A program made the position numbers and the translations under genes. From assembly GCF_018350175.1 (NCBI RefSeq), contig NC_058368.1, positions 45,882,001 through 45,946,000 of the forward strand: 64,000 bases of DNA, in the 5' to 3' direction. A model generated the notes under the pieces. The model saw nothing but the letters and a program-made list of their open reading frames with translations. It was not told the origin of the DNA and made no database searches. This stretch comes from Felis catus (Eukaryota). Of the stretch, positions 21,136 to 35,099 are shown in pieces; position 1 is the first letter of the stretch, and the number at the start of each line of letters is the position of its first letter.

Positions 21136-24100
21136 ATGATTGCTTTTTATGCATACACACAAATATCTACAATTAGTCAATAATTACTCTACATGGAGAA
21201 GATACATTTATATTGATGCAAATCAACATTATCTGAAGCATATTATCATTATCATACCAAACAGTTGTACAGTTCTTCAGATCTCACAGACCACTTATAT
21301 ATACAATTCTAGGAACATCACTATTCCTAGTTTACAAAGAAATTTCAGGGAAAGCTTATGAGCTAAATAAGGATGTTATTTAATGTCCAACAGACTGTTG
21401 AGAAAAAAAACCCTAGAGAAGTTAAGTAATTTTATTAGTATCATATAGTGTCAGATTACATGACAGTCAGCTCCAGAACCCAGAATTTTTAAGATTCCTG
21501 CTCTTACTAATATTTTACATCTATTTAGGGAGCAAACATTAATAGTACAATTGGAAATACCTTCATTATGGAGAGTAAACACAGTAAATATATAAGGAAG
21601 CACACATATATTTATTTTTTAATGTGATTTTTTTGCAAACTGAGGTTGCGGTAAGTAAACCAATGATGCCCACTACTGCCCTTGTGCGTGGCATAAATCT
21701 CTTTTCATTTTAAAGTCCACATTTTTATGTTCACTGTCCTAAATCAGGATCTTACTGATGCTTACTCAAAATCAAACCATCATGACCATTTTGACAGAAT
21801 CTCCAGTGCTCTATTTTGAGCTTTTTGAGATTTTGTTTTGAGCTTTGAGTTTGAGTTTTTAGCTTTTGTTTTACATTCTCTCATCTGCCCCTTTGTTTTC
21901 TCTTCATTGTTCACTCCTTTGATTTCTTTTCTATTTTTTTTCTAATTCCAATACTAAATATGTTTGTAATTTCTTTGTGCCAACAGTCCTGAGGACAAGA
22001 TAAATTATTATATTATGGAAGAATAAGAAAACCCTACTTAATCTTCAGAATATTTTCTAGTTCATGGCCCAGTCAATAACTTGAATATCAGATGGGAAGA
22101 AAAGCTTTTAGTGATGACCTAAGGTAAGACTCTCGGTCCTTCATAAGTGGGGCACATTTTTATGATATGCTTCTTAGATTCATTTTCCCTCACTAGCACT
22201 CCATCATTTCCAATTCCTTGCAAACTTGCCCATGTAGAGATTCTCGGTTCTTGTAAAAGGTAAAGGATTGCGTGCACACACCTGTTTGTTTTTAATATTA
22301 TCCTTAGTATTATAATCTTCTAAAGTACACAATCTAAAATTCAGAGTAAGAGCCACATAAACTATTATACCATATATAATATGTATCATTTTGTAATTAA
22401 TGGTTTTTTTTCTTTGTACTTCAATTCCCACGTCTGCACTGTTATGCCTCTAATGTGATTTCTATACCTCACATTCAAGGGTTTTTGTAATGCATCATCT
22501 TTATGGGCTTACTGTTTTCTTTTAAAAGGTTTAATCCTTCTATCCTGTATATACACAGAACCTCTCTCTCTTCCATCAATGAAAGTTCTCACCAATTTTG
22601 TAAGATGTGTTTCATCCAGGTTACTGAAGCCAGAAATATGTTGTGTTGTGTTTAGCTATTAAGCTGATTTGAGATTCCCAAAGGCAGGGTCAGCATTTTA
22701 TTTATGATTCTATTCTCAGCTCCTAATACAGTGGTGGCTCTTAATATGAAAAGTTTCTCTTTCTTGAACAAATAATCTTTAAGTTCATGATTCATGTCTT
22801 TATTCTATAATTAATTAAAACTTGTCTGTATATATATTACAAAAGTTCTAGGATATATTGTTATTATTTTAAAGGTATATAAGGACCAGTTGAAAAAAAG
22901 GTTGGTTTATGCACATTTACAGCATATTCTCAAAACCACAAAGTTTAACTTTTATCCTTTTCATAAACAATCAAAGAATACTTGGTCATTTTATAAGCTA
23001 ATATAACTGAGAATTAAAGTAGCTATTATTTAAAATATAAGCATCACAGGAGGTATAAAAATCATATAAAATAAAAGAAACTAGTGTGCTTTTCTGCATA
23101 AAAAGAAAAACAGGAGATAGGTTTCCCAATTAACAAATTGTCATAGCATAAAGAAAATTTAAGAGTCAAATATTGCTTGTTTATGTAATAGTTATTCTTG
23201 AGAATCATTTTATCTGGGTTTCTTTAATTTAAACTTTCACTACCTGCCTACTGAAATATATACAGCAGTATTCAAAGCAAGTTATCTTCCAGAAGGAGGT
23301 GTTGTGAATTGTTTTAAAATTTACTACAGATATGTTTCCAGCATAAGTTCAGCACTGAGTGTAGGAGTAATAGAGCTGATACCAGCTCACTTGGGGCTCT
23401 ACTTGTCTCCCTCAGCACGAACACACTCTGCACTGACCTGGGCATATGCAAGGCACAATGAACTGTCCATCACAATTCCCATTATTAGAGGACAAAACAC
23501 GCTGATCTGTGTCACTGGTCACAAATATATCCTCCTTTCTCCCCCAACTCTCCTCTTTCCTCAGTGCAAAGTTTTTGCTTGAGGTTTTCTTCTCAGGACT
23601 CACCCTGCTGGTTACAGTGCCACAAGCCTCAAGGCACTCTTACTAAGGTTTTCTTGCAAATGGAATACAAGTGGCATGAATATTCGTGACAATAAATGTT
23701 CCTTGTACGTAGTTTATGCTCTGCCAGTAATTTCTGCTTTCTTGACACTTCCACAGAATGCTTTTTTTTGTTTTGTAATGATTCAGTTTCTCCTGCTGCA
23801 GACGACTGATTCCTTAGCTTTTTTTGTTCACGTGTTTGCTCTTTATCTGTGTTGGTCATTCAGGAAGGCTGGAGCTTAGTGATTTTAATAGCTCTGTATT
23901 TTACCCTATCTATGCAGGTTTGATTTTCTGAAAATGCGATCTTATTAAAAGGAGATGGCACATAAAATACCAGGAATCTATTCCAGTTGATTTCTTTTTT
24001 TTACTGGGAAAATTGCTACCTGGCAGTTTCTGGTTCTTTCTTTCTCTAGCTCTGATTCTTCTTACATTATCATTATGTCAATTATTATATGACAAGACAT

Positions 24101-25289
24101 GTGAATAGCATAAATCTAGAAGTGTGCAGAATGTATTGGCTGTTATATTTTAATAAAAATAGACACAACTCTGATAATAATCAATTTCAAAGTATTGTGC
24201 TTACTATCCTTTCCACAAAAAGGGAATACATATGAAGAATGAATTTTAGTAAAACACGTGACATTATTTTTGATGTACCTTGAAACAATGTCATGTTATT
24301 ATATTAGTTTTTTCCCTTAATTAGCACATAAGAATGATAGTATATGAAATAAAAAAAAAATTAACAATGTATCACAAATGTTATTGCTTCCTCCTAAAAA
24401 TAGATTGAATAAATTAATAACATGTTAGGGACATTTTATGCTTATGTGTTTAAATGGGTTTGGATCTAATTACATTAATGATTCTTTTCTATATCCTTTT
24501 ACATAATTTGTCTTATCTATAGGTTTTAAAAGCAAATCAAAATTGTAACATTGCCATGTCATTAACAAGGGCAAACACATAATTAACATTTGTATAGTAT
24601 ACATCACTATGTAATGAAGTTGTGTTAACACCACTTTAAAAGGATATAGACGGCATGGACTTGAAGTTGACAGATGGGAGCACAGCATTTAAAAGCTTAC
24701 AATCTGCAAATGAAAGATTTTGCAAAATGCCAATCTAATATTCAGCTCAATAAGATGGTAGCAAATATTGCAATTAAGTGCATATACAGAGAATCAATTA
24801 TTCTAATCATCAGCTTTCAAACATTAATGTAAAAATGAAATGCCATAGATGCGAAGGCTTAGTTTCCACCAATTGTTATGTTACTTTTACAGTTTGGACT
24901 TCCTAATCCTTCCACAGCAGCGTAAGTGTATTCTCTACCTGAACAAAAATATTAGTTAAATTTATAGATTATTTTTTAAAAGATAACAACGGAGAAAATA
25001 TCTAATAATTTTTAGCCTTAAGTTTTAATCTGTAAGCAGAAGAAAGCTTACATTTAGGTGAGAGATAGGAAGGGAACATTAATATATTGTCCAATAATTA
25101 TGTAGCATATTATTTCTGCTTAAAATCATGTGGTTGAAATATGTCCAAAGGATACTTATTCCTCATCGCATATCTCTTCCCTTTGTAAATGGCACAAATA
25201 TTCACTTAGATATCTGTATTTTATAGTTGATTACTTTTCTGTAAGTAATTTATTTTTTTGTTATCATTTTTTATTTATTACTCTTATTA

Positions 25290-25727
25290 CTATTATTATT
25301 ATTTTTTTTTTTTTAGAGAGAGAGTGAAGGTAGGGGAAGGGCAGAGGGAGAGCAAGGGAGAGAAAGTTAAGCAGGCACCACGTTCAGCGTGGAGCCCACA
25401 CAGGGCTCAATGTAGTCATCACCCCAAGATCACCTGGGTAGCTCAGTCCATTGAGCGTTCGACTTTGGCCCAGGTCATGATCCCACAGTTTGTGGGTTCA
25501 AGACCAGCGTCGGGCTCTGCGCTGACAGCTCAGAGCCTGGAGACTGTTTCGGATTCTGTGTCTCCCTCTCTCTCTGCCCCTCCCCCAGTCACGCTCTGTT
25601 TCCCTCTGCCTCAAAAATAAATACACATTAAAAAAAATTAAAAAAAGAAAAAAAAAAGACTGTGAGGTCATGACCTTAGCCAAAATCAAGAATCAGGCAC
25701 TTAATCCACTGAGCCACCCAGGAGCCC
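25290..25727 (-). mobile_element. Older Can-SINE interrupted by a second Can-SINE
   Basis: Outer reverse SINE halves at 25290-25429 and 25658-25727. Confidence 0.85.
25430..25657 (+). mobile_element. Can-SINE nested in opposite orientation
   Basis: cacctgggtagctcagtc head through A tail. Confidence 0.9.
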
Positions 25728-26454
25728 ACATATTTGATTGCTTTTTATACCTTATCTGTAAGCCCTACCACTCAGTTCTCCAGTTCTTGTGAGTATTTCT
25801 CTTGCCTGCTTTTTTTAACTATCATTTTACAATTGTTCTCATAGAGTGTTCCACTATTTCACACCTGCATTAGTAAGAAGTCTTACAATTGGATTTCTGG
25901 TCACCAAGTTTTTTCTAATCTAATTTTTTAATACCTCTGGGTATTTTCTATCTTGCCTTAGACATCTATCATAGATCTGTAGCTAGCTGCCTGCCCTAAC
26001 AAGAAACCTCAACCTTCCTATAATACTGAGACCCCACGTCTCCTCAGCTGCTCTCATGTCTCTGTGGCTTGTGCCCCCACTCTGACAAAGACAATTTCTC
26101 ATAGCTGCCCCCAGAGCTATAATTAAAATTAGGACACCCCTTCTTTTTCCAGAAGCCCCATGATCTAAGGATAACTGACTGGATGATGGGCTCTAGAAAA
26201 AAAAAATCAATCAACCTTTCAAAAATATCTATTACCCATCTAGTATGTTTAATACTAGGTAAAAAATACAGAAGAGAAAAATTCTTCTGAAGTAAGTGGC
26301 CATCCACTAAGTGCTTTCTTTCTGCCAGACCTATGTTGCCTGCAATATACACTCAGTACTGCGTTGTGTTCCAACATTATTTTTTGCTTCTAAAGTAATT
26401 TATTAATTCAGAGAAATGTAAAAGTCAATATGGAAATAGGAATTATATTTTTAT

Positions 26455-27110
26455 TATGATAAGAACACTTAACCTGAGATCTAACCTCTTAAAAATGTTA
26501 AGTTTACAATACTTTATAGTTGACTATACATGCAATGCTGTACCTTAGACATCTAGAGCTTATTCATTTTAATTAACTAAAGCTTTGTGCCTGTTGTTTA
26601 ATAACTCCCTATTTCCCCCTCCTCCCTCAGTCCCTGTTAAGTACTATACTAGTCTTTGATTTTATGTATTTGACTATTTGGATACATCATGTAAGTGGAA
26701 TCATGCATTATTTGTCAATCTCTTCCTTATTTCATTTAGCTTAATGTCTTCAAAGTCCATCCATGTCACTGAATACTGCAGAATTTCATTCTTTTTAAAG
26801 GCTGAACAGCATTCTCATGTATGCATATACCATATTTTCTTTCTATCCATCTATCAATGAACATTTAGATTATTTCACATCTTGGCTACTATGAATACTG
26901 CTATAATAAACATGAGATTGCTAATATTTCTTTGAGATCCTGATTTCATTCTTATGGACATATAACTAGAAGTGGGATTGCTGGATCATATGTGAACTCT
27001 ATTTTTAGTTTATTTGTTTTTTAACAACTTCTATAGTGTTTTCCATAATGACTGCACTATTTTGTGTTCCCACCAACAGTATGCAAAGGATCTAATTTCC
27101 AACAATTTTT
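26455..27110 (-). mobile_element. L1MA/L1MB-type 3' end
   Basis: aagaacacttaacctgagatct...gaagtgggattgctggatcatatg...ttcccaccaacagt. Confidence 0.88.
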
Positions 27111-27589
27111 TAAACAGCTGTCATTAGCCTGTTTTTACAAATAGACAAACTGAATATTAGTGGCTTTAAATAAATTATGTTATTCAACAAAAGCAGGTCA
27201 AAGCCATTTGAAAGCCCACATTCTGTTTTTTTTTTCCAGATAAAATCTTTTCTTTTACTCTGCTTTTAAATATAAATATACAGGAACAACCTAAATAACC
27301 ACCACATTTGAAAGGACTAGATAAATTATAATACATCAAACTATACAAGAGTATGCAGCAATTAGAAAGAATGAGAAAGATATACATGGAACTGCAAGCC
27401 CACATTCTGAACCACTGCAGTTTATGAATACAAACACCATATAGGTCTTTTATTAGTTTGCTGCCTGGCTCATGGTTGCTGCTTGACAAAGGTTTTTGAA
27501 TAACTGAAAGAATGCAGAGCACTAATTCTGCCTCCGTAGAGTACCTGCCTTCAAGGAGTTTACAATATATCTAATGAGATAAGACTAAG

Positions 27590-27830
27590 GAAGGAAAATG
27601 TTACTCAGCATTTCATTCAACAAATACTTACTGAATACCCACTATGTGTTAGACATTTTTTGGAGTTCTAGTAATACCGCAGTAGAGAGGTACATATAGA
27701 CTATATACCCAGATGGTGGGGCGGGGAGGGCAGAGATTCCTGCCCTCATGAGAAGAATAGAGAAAATAAGTAAACCATATCAAATATTAAAAAGCTATGT
27801 TTCTAATATGGTTAAAAATAAAAGAGGTAA
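27590..27830 (-). mobile_element. L2 fragment
   Basis: ttcattcaacaaatacttactgaataccccactatgtgttagaca...cctgccctcatg. Confidence 0.6.
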
Positions 27831-29999
27831 GGAGAGATAACCCAATAAAAGAATCAAACAGAAAATACTGTAGAAATTCAAACGGCTTCTATAGCTAAGA
27901 TTTTTTAAATGAAATAATTAAAAAAAAAGAACTTTCATTATTCCAATTTATTTTTTAAGAAATAGGTAGGAATATAAATTCATTTTCTAAGTATATCAGA
28001 CAAAATTATTTAGGTTGAACACAGAAAGATTACCTATGCATACTCATTGGGCTGTCTTTGATTATTTTTTGTCCTATATGTGTGCCATCTATTTTGTGAT
28101 TAATTAACATTTGATAGAGTATACATTCAAACATTTTTTTGAGTGATTTAACATGTAGATGAGATTTAGCTACAAATTCCTTCCAGGAAAACAGCATCCA
28201 TGCAAGAAATACTTAGAATTTGGAGTTCTGCAAATTCTTGGAGTAATGAAAAAATATATATACAGATATCCAGTCCAGTTCCAGATATTTGTTCTTTCTT
28301 AATTTGGTATCTCATTTATTTAGAAGCTAGAAGGTAGAAAACATGACCTTAAAGTATATAGAACATTTAGAACTTGTGATTTCAGGGCATGAATAAGTCC
28401 GAAATTCTATCTCCTTGAAATTTGTTTCCAGAATGTTAACTGCAAAGCAAGTTATATATAGCAGTAAATGCATGCTTAATTTGTGCAGAAATCATGGTGT
28501 GATGAATACAATTAAGAGCCTCGGAGGGAATAATTATATTACTGCATAAAGCTGGTGGTTCTCAAATTGCTTGGTGCCTGGACTTTAAATTGGCCTGATT
28601 TCCTGTTGTGAAAGTCATCCATCGCGGCAACACAACTGCAGCAGGAACGGCAGAGTTTCAAAGTCACACAGAAAGCATATTCTTTCTGATCAATTGCCAT
28701 ATATTCTTGTTTAAAGGAAAAAAATTGGCAACATGCTACCGAAGTTGATTAAACTGATAAATTAAAATGCATTAGATCGAATACATTGTTATGTGTGCCA
28801 TTCAGAGGAGAATTTTTGTAACAAGACTGACTAAACAGTTTTTAATGGCAGCTTTTTAAGCAAGTGCATATGCAAACTTATATAAATTTGAAGTGAATTG
28901 TTTAAAGTTAATAACATTTTCATTTCATGGTACTTGGATTATCAGTGCCTTGAAATAATAGATGGAAGTTTAGGATTACCCTTCCCAAAACATAATTAAT
29001 TATAGTAAAAACTGAATGTAACTGTTTAGTCCTATATGAAAGCTCTGAATTATTTTAGAATCACCCATTGCTTAATGTTGTCAAATAACTCATTAGCTTT
29101 ATGTGACCAAAGAAGCTTATATGATATCAAATAATTTTGCATTTCTTATTAAATAAACAACAAATCATTTTTATAGCACTAAAATTTTTAATGGCTTTAC
29201 GTGAGGTTGCTTATATCTGAGACTTAAAATACCACTTCTTATCCATGATAACCAAACTGTAAGGAAAAGACAACATAGCACAAGGAACACCAGTGATGAA
29301 TTTGGAATCTCTGTCTCCAAAAGGTTTAAGTGAAACTGGTAAGAAACAGGCATTGGCAAGAGGTTAAACAGGTAAGAGAAGCATTTCGGCCCCCAAAAAA
29401 CAATGGTTAAAGAATCCAGAGAACACACTGAAAACCCTCCAAAAACTTCTAGCTCATGGATGTCACCATTCCCATAAGGCCCATGACAGACATTACTAAC
29501 CAACCATCCACAGTGCTCTTGACTGCTCATTGCATAGAGAGCTGGTCTTAGAATTGCACACAGTTTCAGAAAACAGTTGCCAATCTATTGGCGCTTGAAG
29601 TCACTAGGGCCCTGGTTCCAATTCATGACCTACCAGAACGCATGAGGAGACCGTGGCCTGGAGAAGCTATATGATTTATCAAACACTCTACCGCGGAGCT
29701 GCAGCTAGAAACCCATCCTTCATTGCCAGCATACTGCTAATTCTCTTGCCAATGTTACAGTATCCTTGCCAAAAAGTGAGGTTGTTTACTCTGTATACAT
29801 TTTTCCACCTTTTCTCTCATTGGCTTCTTCACCTCTGTAAAACGTAAATTCCTCATGTCCTATTTCTTTATTTTTATTCATCCATTTATTCCTGCATTCA
29901 ACAGACATTCTCTGTAAAGGCCAATATACACAATGCTAGATGCTGAGGTAATTACAAGAGTAAGGTGTAAACACGGTTTTGGACACAGCCAAGAAAAAA

Positions 30000-32590
30000 A
30001 CAAGATGGCCACAGACCCTATCCTTATTATGCATCTAATAGATTTGGTTTGTATGCAAAGTACAGAGATTATGCAGCTGGAAAACTTGGAGCAATTTCTA
30101 TCCAATAAAAAGCAGGGAGGTGGATATATGGGTAGCCGCAAGACTGTTGATTCAAGTAATCTAATTTGGGCTCTCTTCAGTGACTTTGAAAACCCTAGAG
30201 AGTTTGCAAGTAGAACTGTTGATTTAACAGAAAACAAACTATTCATGGAATGTTCCACATGTGAAATACTGTTTTCTGTCTTCTTTTTCAGATATATTTC
30301 AATTTCACCTCATTTTCATCTACCATGTAAGCACACACAAATACACAAACACACACATATAATCCATGATCCTAAAGTGAAAACACTATGGACTTATTTG
30401 TGTGTGGGATTAATTTTAAATCCTAACAATTTTGTATTTACACTGGACCGCCAAGTGTATCTTATCATCAATGTCACATCTTTCCAAAACTGCCTTCCAG
30501 ATTTGGTGGCATAGCTCTTGACCAAGAAATTAAATAGTTTAAGTGGGGGATTTGATCACTGGACCTGGTCTCATTGATGCTATTTCTCTAACCACCTAAA
30601 CTGAAACCACTTAAAATAAAAGAGGAGAAGGCCTAAAGCCAGCACATATTTGATTTTTTTCAGCACATATTTGATTTTATAAGTAATGTGTATATATGAC
30701 ATTCAGCATAAGTTTACATCACTATTTTACTATTAGAAAGCCATATCATTATTTTTAAGTTATCAAGACACTGGCAAATTAAAAGAAAATTGTTCTAGAA
30801 GACATAAATAAATAAACAAATGACCAAATGAATCCTCTTGCTCAGCAGATAACCTAAAATAACAGGAATTTTGCAGACTTCTAAAATGGAATAAAGCAAA
30901 TCTACATTTGTATTTTAAAAATATCACAATTTTTATTTATCTGTCAGTATTTGGCTATTGTCCTCATATTTGTAATTATGTCAAATATGGTATACTTCTG
31001 GACATGAAAAGCCCATTCCAAATCTTTGAGTCAACTCCAGCAGTTTTTTAATGCCTTAAACATAACAGGTTATCAACTAGGATTTATTGACTTAAATTAC
31101 ATTTAAAAAATTTTAATGTTTATTTTGGAGAGGAAGAGGCAGAGGGTGAGAGAGGGAGGGGCAGAGAGAGAGGGAGACACAGAATCTGAAGCAGGCTCTA
31201 GGCTCCGAGCTGTCAACAGAGCCTGATGCGAGGCTCGAACCCACGAACTGAGAGATCATGACCTGAGCCGAAGGTGGATGTTCAACCGACTGAGCCACCT
31301 AGGCACCCCTAAATCACAGTTTTTAAGACACAACTTTCTGAACTTCAAATTATTAAATGCCAGGTACATGCTTTTAGGAAATTTAATTGTATGCTTCCAT
31401 TACCAAACACTGAATGATATTTTAAAAATAAGAGTATTCGTTGAAGGACAGGACATTATAACCAATCTTAGATACCTAGATGTTCAAATAAGTTTTCCTG
31501 TAGAATATAATAACAAGTCCTGTACGGCAAAATATAAGGATCTGAAATGCATGGGTGTGTTTTGCAAATACTTGTATCATTTTATATACACTTTATCCTT
31601 GTCTGAACAGAAATATACTAAAAAATAAAGATGATGAGATTACTTCCAATAAACAAGCACATTGTTCTACCTGGTGCCAATGTTAACTCTTGCCTTGTCC
31701 ATCGAATCTCTGATTTAGTCAATGTTTCCGGTGCATAAGTGTTCATCCCTATGGAGACTAGTTTACATTAGGAGAAAACACTAGAATTCCAAAACCTACA
31801 AGTCCTACACTTTTCTAAGATACAGTCAAGCAGAAAGCAGAGGTTTCCATTTATGATCTTTGCATCCACAGAAGTTATACCGAAAACATGGTTGTATACA
31901 ACCTCACTTTCCTCCAAAGACAAAAATATTTATTCTTGCAAACCTAATAACCGGTAAATGTCTTCATAGATGTCATCACTGACCAGGAGGAATATTGAGT
32001 AAAAGTCCAGTCTGGTTTTGTGTTTGTCAATTAATAAAAAAGAAAATCATTACAAATATTACTTCTTATACTACATACAGCATTTAGGTAAGGACACTGT
32101 GTTCCCCTCTATAAAGCTCAGCCTGCCCTAATTCTTTCTGGATTGCATTTCCAAGACCCAGATGCTGAGCCGAGAAAATTTTCTTTCCAGCAATAGCATC
32201 TGGTTCCTTGGCAGCCTGTATTTGCCCCTGTGTTGACTACACTGCAGTTGTCTTCAGGCTGTGAAATAGTAACGATGCTGATGTGATATCTTATTCACTT
32301 GGATGTGGTACATTTTAGCTTTCTTATTTTGTCCCCACATGGATATTTTTCATACTTACAATCTTTTATGAATAAAGTTAATCAAGGAGAATTTTGGTAA
32401 ATGATGCAACATTCAGTAACAGGTAATATTTCTGTCTACATAAGGTGAGCCGCTCCGACAGGGACACAGATCTAGTCTTGGTCTTATTGTAGTTTAAGGA
32501 CAAAACTAGTTGCCTTGCTCCTTGTCCTGCTCTTTATATACGTAATTTTGACTCTTTAGATTTCCTTTGGCAAACCGTATACAAATGATA
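30000..32590 (-). mobile_element. Ancient hAT transposase fossil, ZNF862/C17orf113/PRDM11-like
   Basis: Ordered minus-strand motifs: FYSIFLLVSDD (~31970-32004, first D region); IFLSLEE; KLVSIG 31747-31764 (second D region); VYWK*SHHL (cf. HC.AHRL) ~31628-31655; YKYLQNTPMHFRSL 31535-31576; TSRYL (cf. TRW); LEWAFHVQKYTIFDI ~30977-31020; PPLKLFN..W..LEGSFGK ~30480-30550; STVLLANSLGFSKSLKR..RLLESTV ~30140-30225 (cf. ST..ERGFS..KR..RL); IEIAPS ~30086-30103. Confidence 0.75.
31105..31309 (-). mobile_element. Can-SINE inserted in the hAT fossil
   Basis: Reverse SINEC; TSD-like taaattaca/taaatcaca. Confidence 0.93.
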
Positions 32591-33159
32591 ACAATAATGA
32601 TGTTGCTAATAATAATAACAACTGTAATTTATGGAACACATCTGTAAGCCAGGGACAATACGATACAATACAATGCAATAGCCACGGACTATTTAATTTC
32701 GTTTAATTCTCACAAGAGTCTACCCTGTCTATCACATTCTTCGCTTAAAAATAGGGGAAAAAATTATAAGACCTATAGTATCTGATCAGGAGACTGTTCA
32801 GGAAGAAAGACAGCTATTATCACAGGGAACATTGTAGAAATTGTCCCTGGAGCTGGGGTTCAGTGACTTTTAAATGTTTTCAATATGACAATTACGCTGG
32901 TCACAGTTTGATGCCAGCCTACCTTTCTCACCTTACTGCCAACCCTCCCATGTGCCCTAGGCTTCCGTCTCATTGCAACAGTCCTGCCCAAGCTTTTCAG
33001 CTGCCATCCACTAATTGGCATGCCCCCTCCTCACTCTCCCACTCGGTTTGCATTCCTCTAAAAGCCAACTCACTGCTGAACTTCAAATAAAGCGGGGTGA
33101 CTGCTGCATGTGAGGAAGGTGTGGAAAAAGTCTCTTCTCTCCAGGCTTAAGATGGGATA

Positions 33160-33400
33160 ATAACAGTAATAACACAACCAGATATTCAGCATTTACCACA
33201 TGCCAAACATTTCAGAGAACTTTACATATATTAACTCATTCCATCCTCACAACACTCTAAGGGATGGGATTATTATGAGCCATATATTATAAATGAGTGT
33301 ATGAAAACAAAGAACAGTTATGTCACTGCTAATGAGACACTGCTAGTGAACCGAATCACCAGGCATCAGGAGCCCACCCTCCTAACATCTGCACCATGTG
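33160..33400 (-). mobile_element. MIR
   Basis: cagcatttaccacatgccaaac...tttacatatattaactcattccatcctcacaacactctaag. Confidence 0.7.
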
Positions 33401-33472
33401 ACTTCTCACTCAGGCCCTCGTCCCCCAGGAAAGTGCTTACACCTTGGCTATAGGTAATGGAAAGTCGTCTTC

Positions 33473-33660
33473 AGGGGGCCCATGTGGCTCAGTCAGTTAA
33501 GCGTCTGACTCTTGATTTTGGCTCAGGTCATGATCTCAAGGTTTGTGAATTTGAGCCCTGTATCCAGCTCTGCGGTGAGAGTGGAGATTCTCTCCTTCTC
33601 TTTTGTCCTCCTCCTCCCGCCCCCCCACTCTCTCTCTCCCCAAATAAATAACCCCTTAAA
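33473..33660 (+). mobile_element. Can-SINE
   Basis: SINEC head, body and tail. Confidence 0.9.
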
Positions 33661-33818
33661 AAAAGATTGTTTTGTTTCTGTTTTTGTTTTTACCTCAATT
33701 CTCCATAGAAAACTGTGAGATTTGTTCCAGATACTCTATATTTTTAAACATAATAGTTTCTCTAACACTGTGTTTTCAATGGATTTTCAATAATGAAAAA
33801 TGTACCAAATGCAAGTGA

Positions 33819-33822
<4 letters not shown>

Positions 33823-33900
<78 letters not shown>
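33823..33900. repeat. (CT)n-(CA)n compound microsatellite
   Basis: Directly visible. Confidence 0.97.
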
Positions 33901-35099
33901 CACACAAAGTATATACATAAATACACATACATATACTCTTCAGGTATTTCTTGGTTTTGTTTTATCTATATGTATCTAGTTATGTAGCTGGATAGATACA
34001 CAGATGATTGATAGATATGAAAAAGAATTCCACTTTTATTTAGAACACATTTATGTGTTCTCAATTAATTCTTTTGTGGTAAAAGCTATTGGATATTATT
34101 TATGTTATTGCATTGTGGATAAAAGATTTTGTATGTGTATGTAACAACATCTGTGTATAAATAATGTTTTTCAGAAACCATTTTAAATGGTATCTCCATA
34201 TGTAGCAAATAAATGGGAAGAAGAATTATGTTAAACTACAAGTAGAAAGAAATTAAAATCGAAACCACTATGCTACCAATAAACATGATTTAAACGAAGA
34301 AAAGTGTACGAGGTGAGCTCACGTGGAAACCTGACCATATTTGCTAAACCATGCCAGAAAGTGTGAAAATGAAAATAATAATGATGTAAATATTTTTTCA
34401 TATGTAAAACATTATATAAGAAAGGGAAGATTCAAAATTTCTGCACAATGATCAGAAAAGGGGACCATGCAACTGACTTTCTCTCAATAAGAACTGTGAT
34501 TTTTCATGTATGTGGTGGGAAAAATGAAGACAGAGAAACACAGGAGATTAGGCAGACCTCTCCATGTTGGGCAAGAGGGGAGGATTCTACCTGTGTTTGG
34601 TACTTATTCCTGTGTCTTAAATGACTGCTTTGGTTAACATTATTGTCACTATCTATCATTCTTTGCTAAATATTTAATTCTCAAGATGTAATCTTCTTTT
34701 ACTTTAAATTATGTTAGAATTATTAATGGCATGGTAACACTGAAGAGACACAATACACGTCCCTATGACCAGAGACAACTACTTTCAGGAGATGACCAAG
34801 AAGTGAGAAAAGAAAAAGGTTCCTGTGACACCTACAACGTATCTAAAATTATATATGAACTGTGTTGCAGAAGCTATTAAATATTATTTATACCATTGCA
34901 CTCCAAAGAAAAGATTATTTTGCTATGCCAGTTATTTTATTTCCTAAAAAATAAGCCAAATTAACATTTCCCTTTGAAATATTAAAGTGATTGAGCATTT
35001 TTTTCTTGGATAGACTCTGCTGAATAATTGCCTCGGATATCCACTTAATTTTGAGTAGCTTTCACAGCCTTACTTTCATGAGTTGTCTTAAATCTCAAA

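Noticed and set aside
22100..22300. Exon-like minus-strand frame CVHAILYLLQEPRISTWASLQGIG...
   Set aside because: Poor acceptor, no family recognised, no partner exons; unresolved rather than supported.
29933..30514. Longest ORF in the window (193 aa, + strand)
   Set aside because: Antisense to the hAT transposase fossil, starts in L2-like sequence and runs through a CA-rich tract; no recognisable protein.
30640..30678. Short tandem duplication cagcacatatttgatttt x2
   Set aside because: Ordinary local duplication with no inserted element between the copies.
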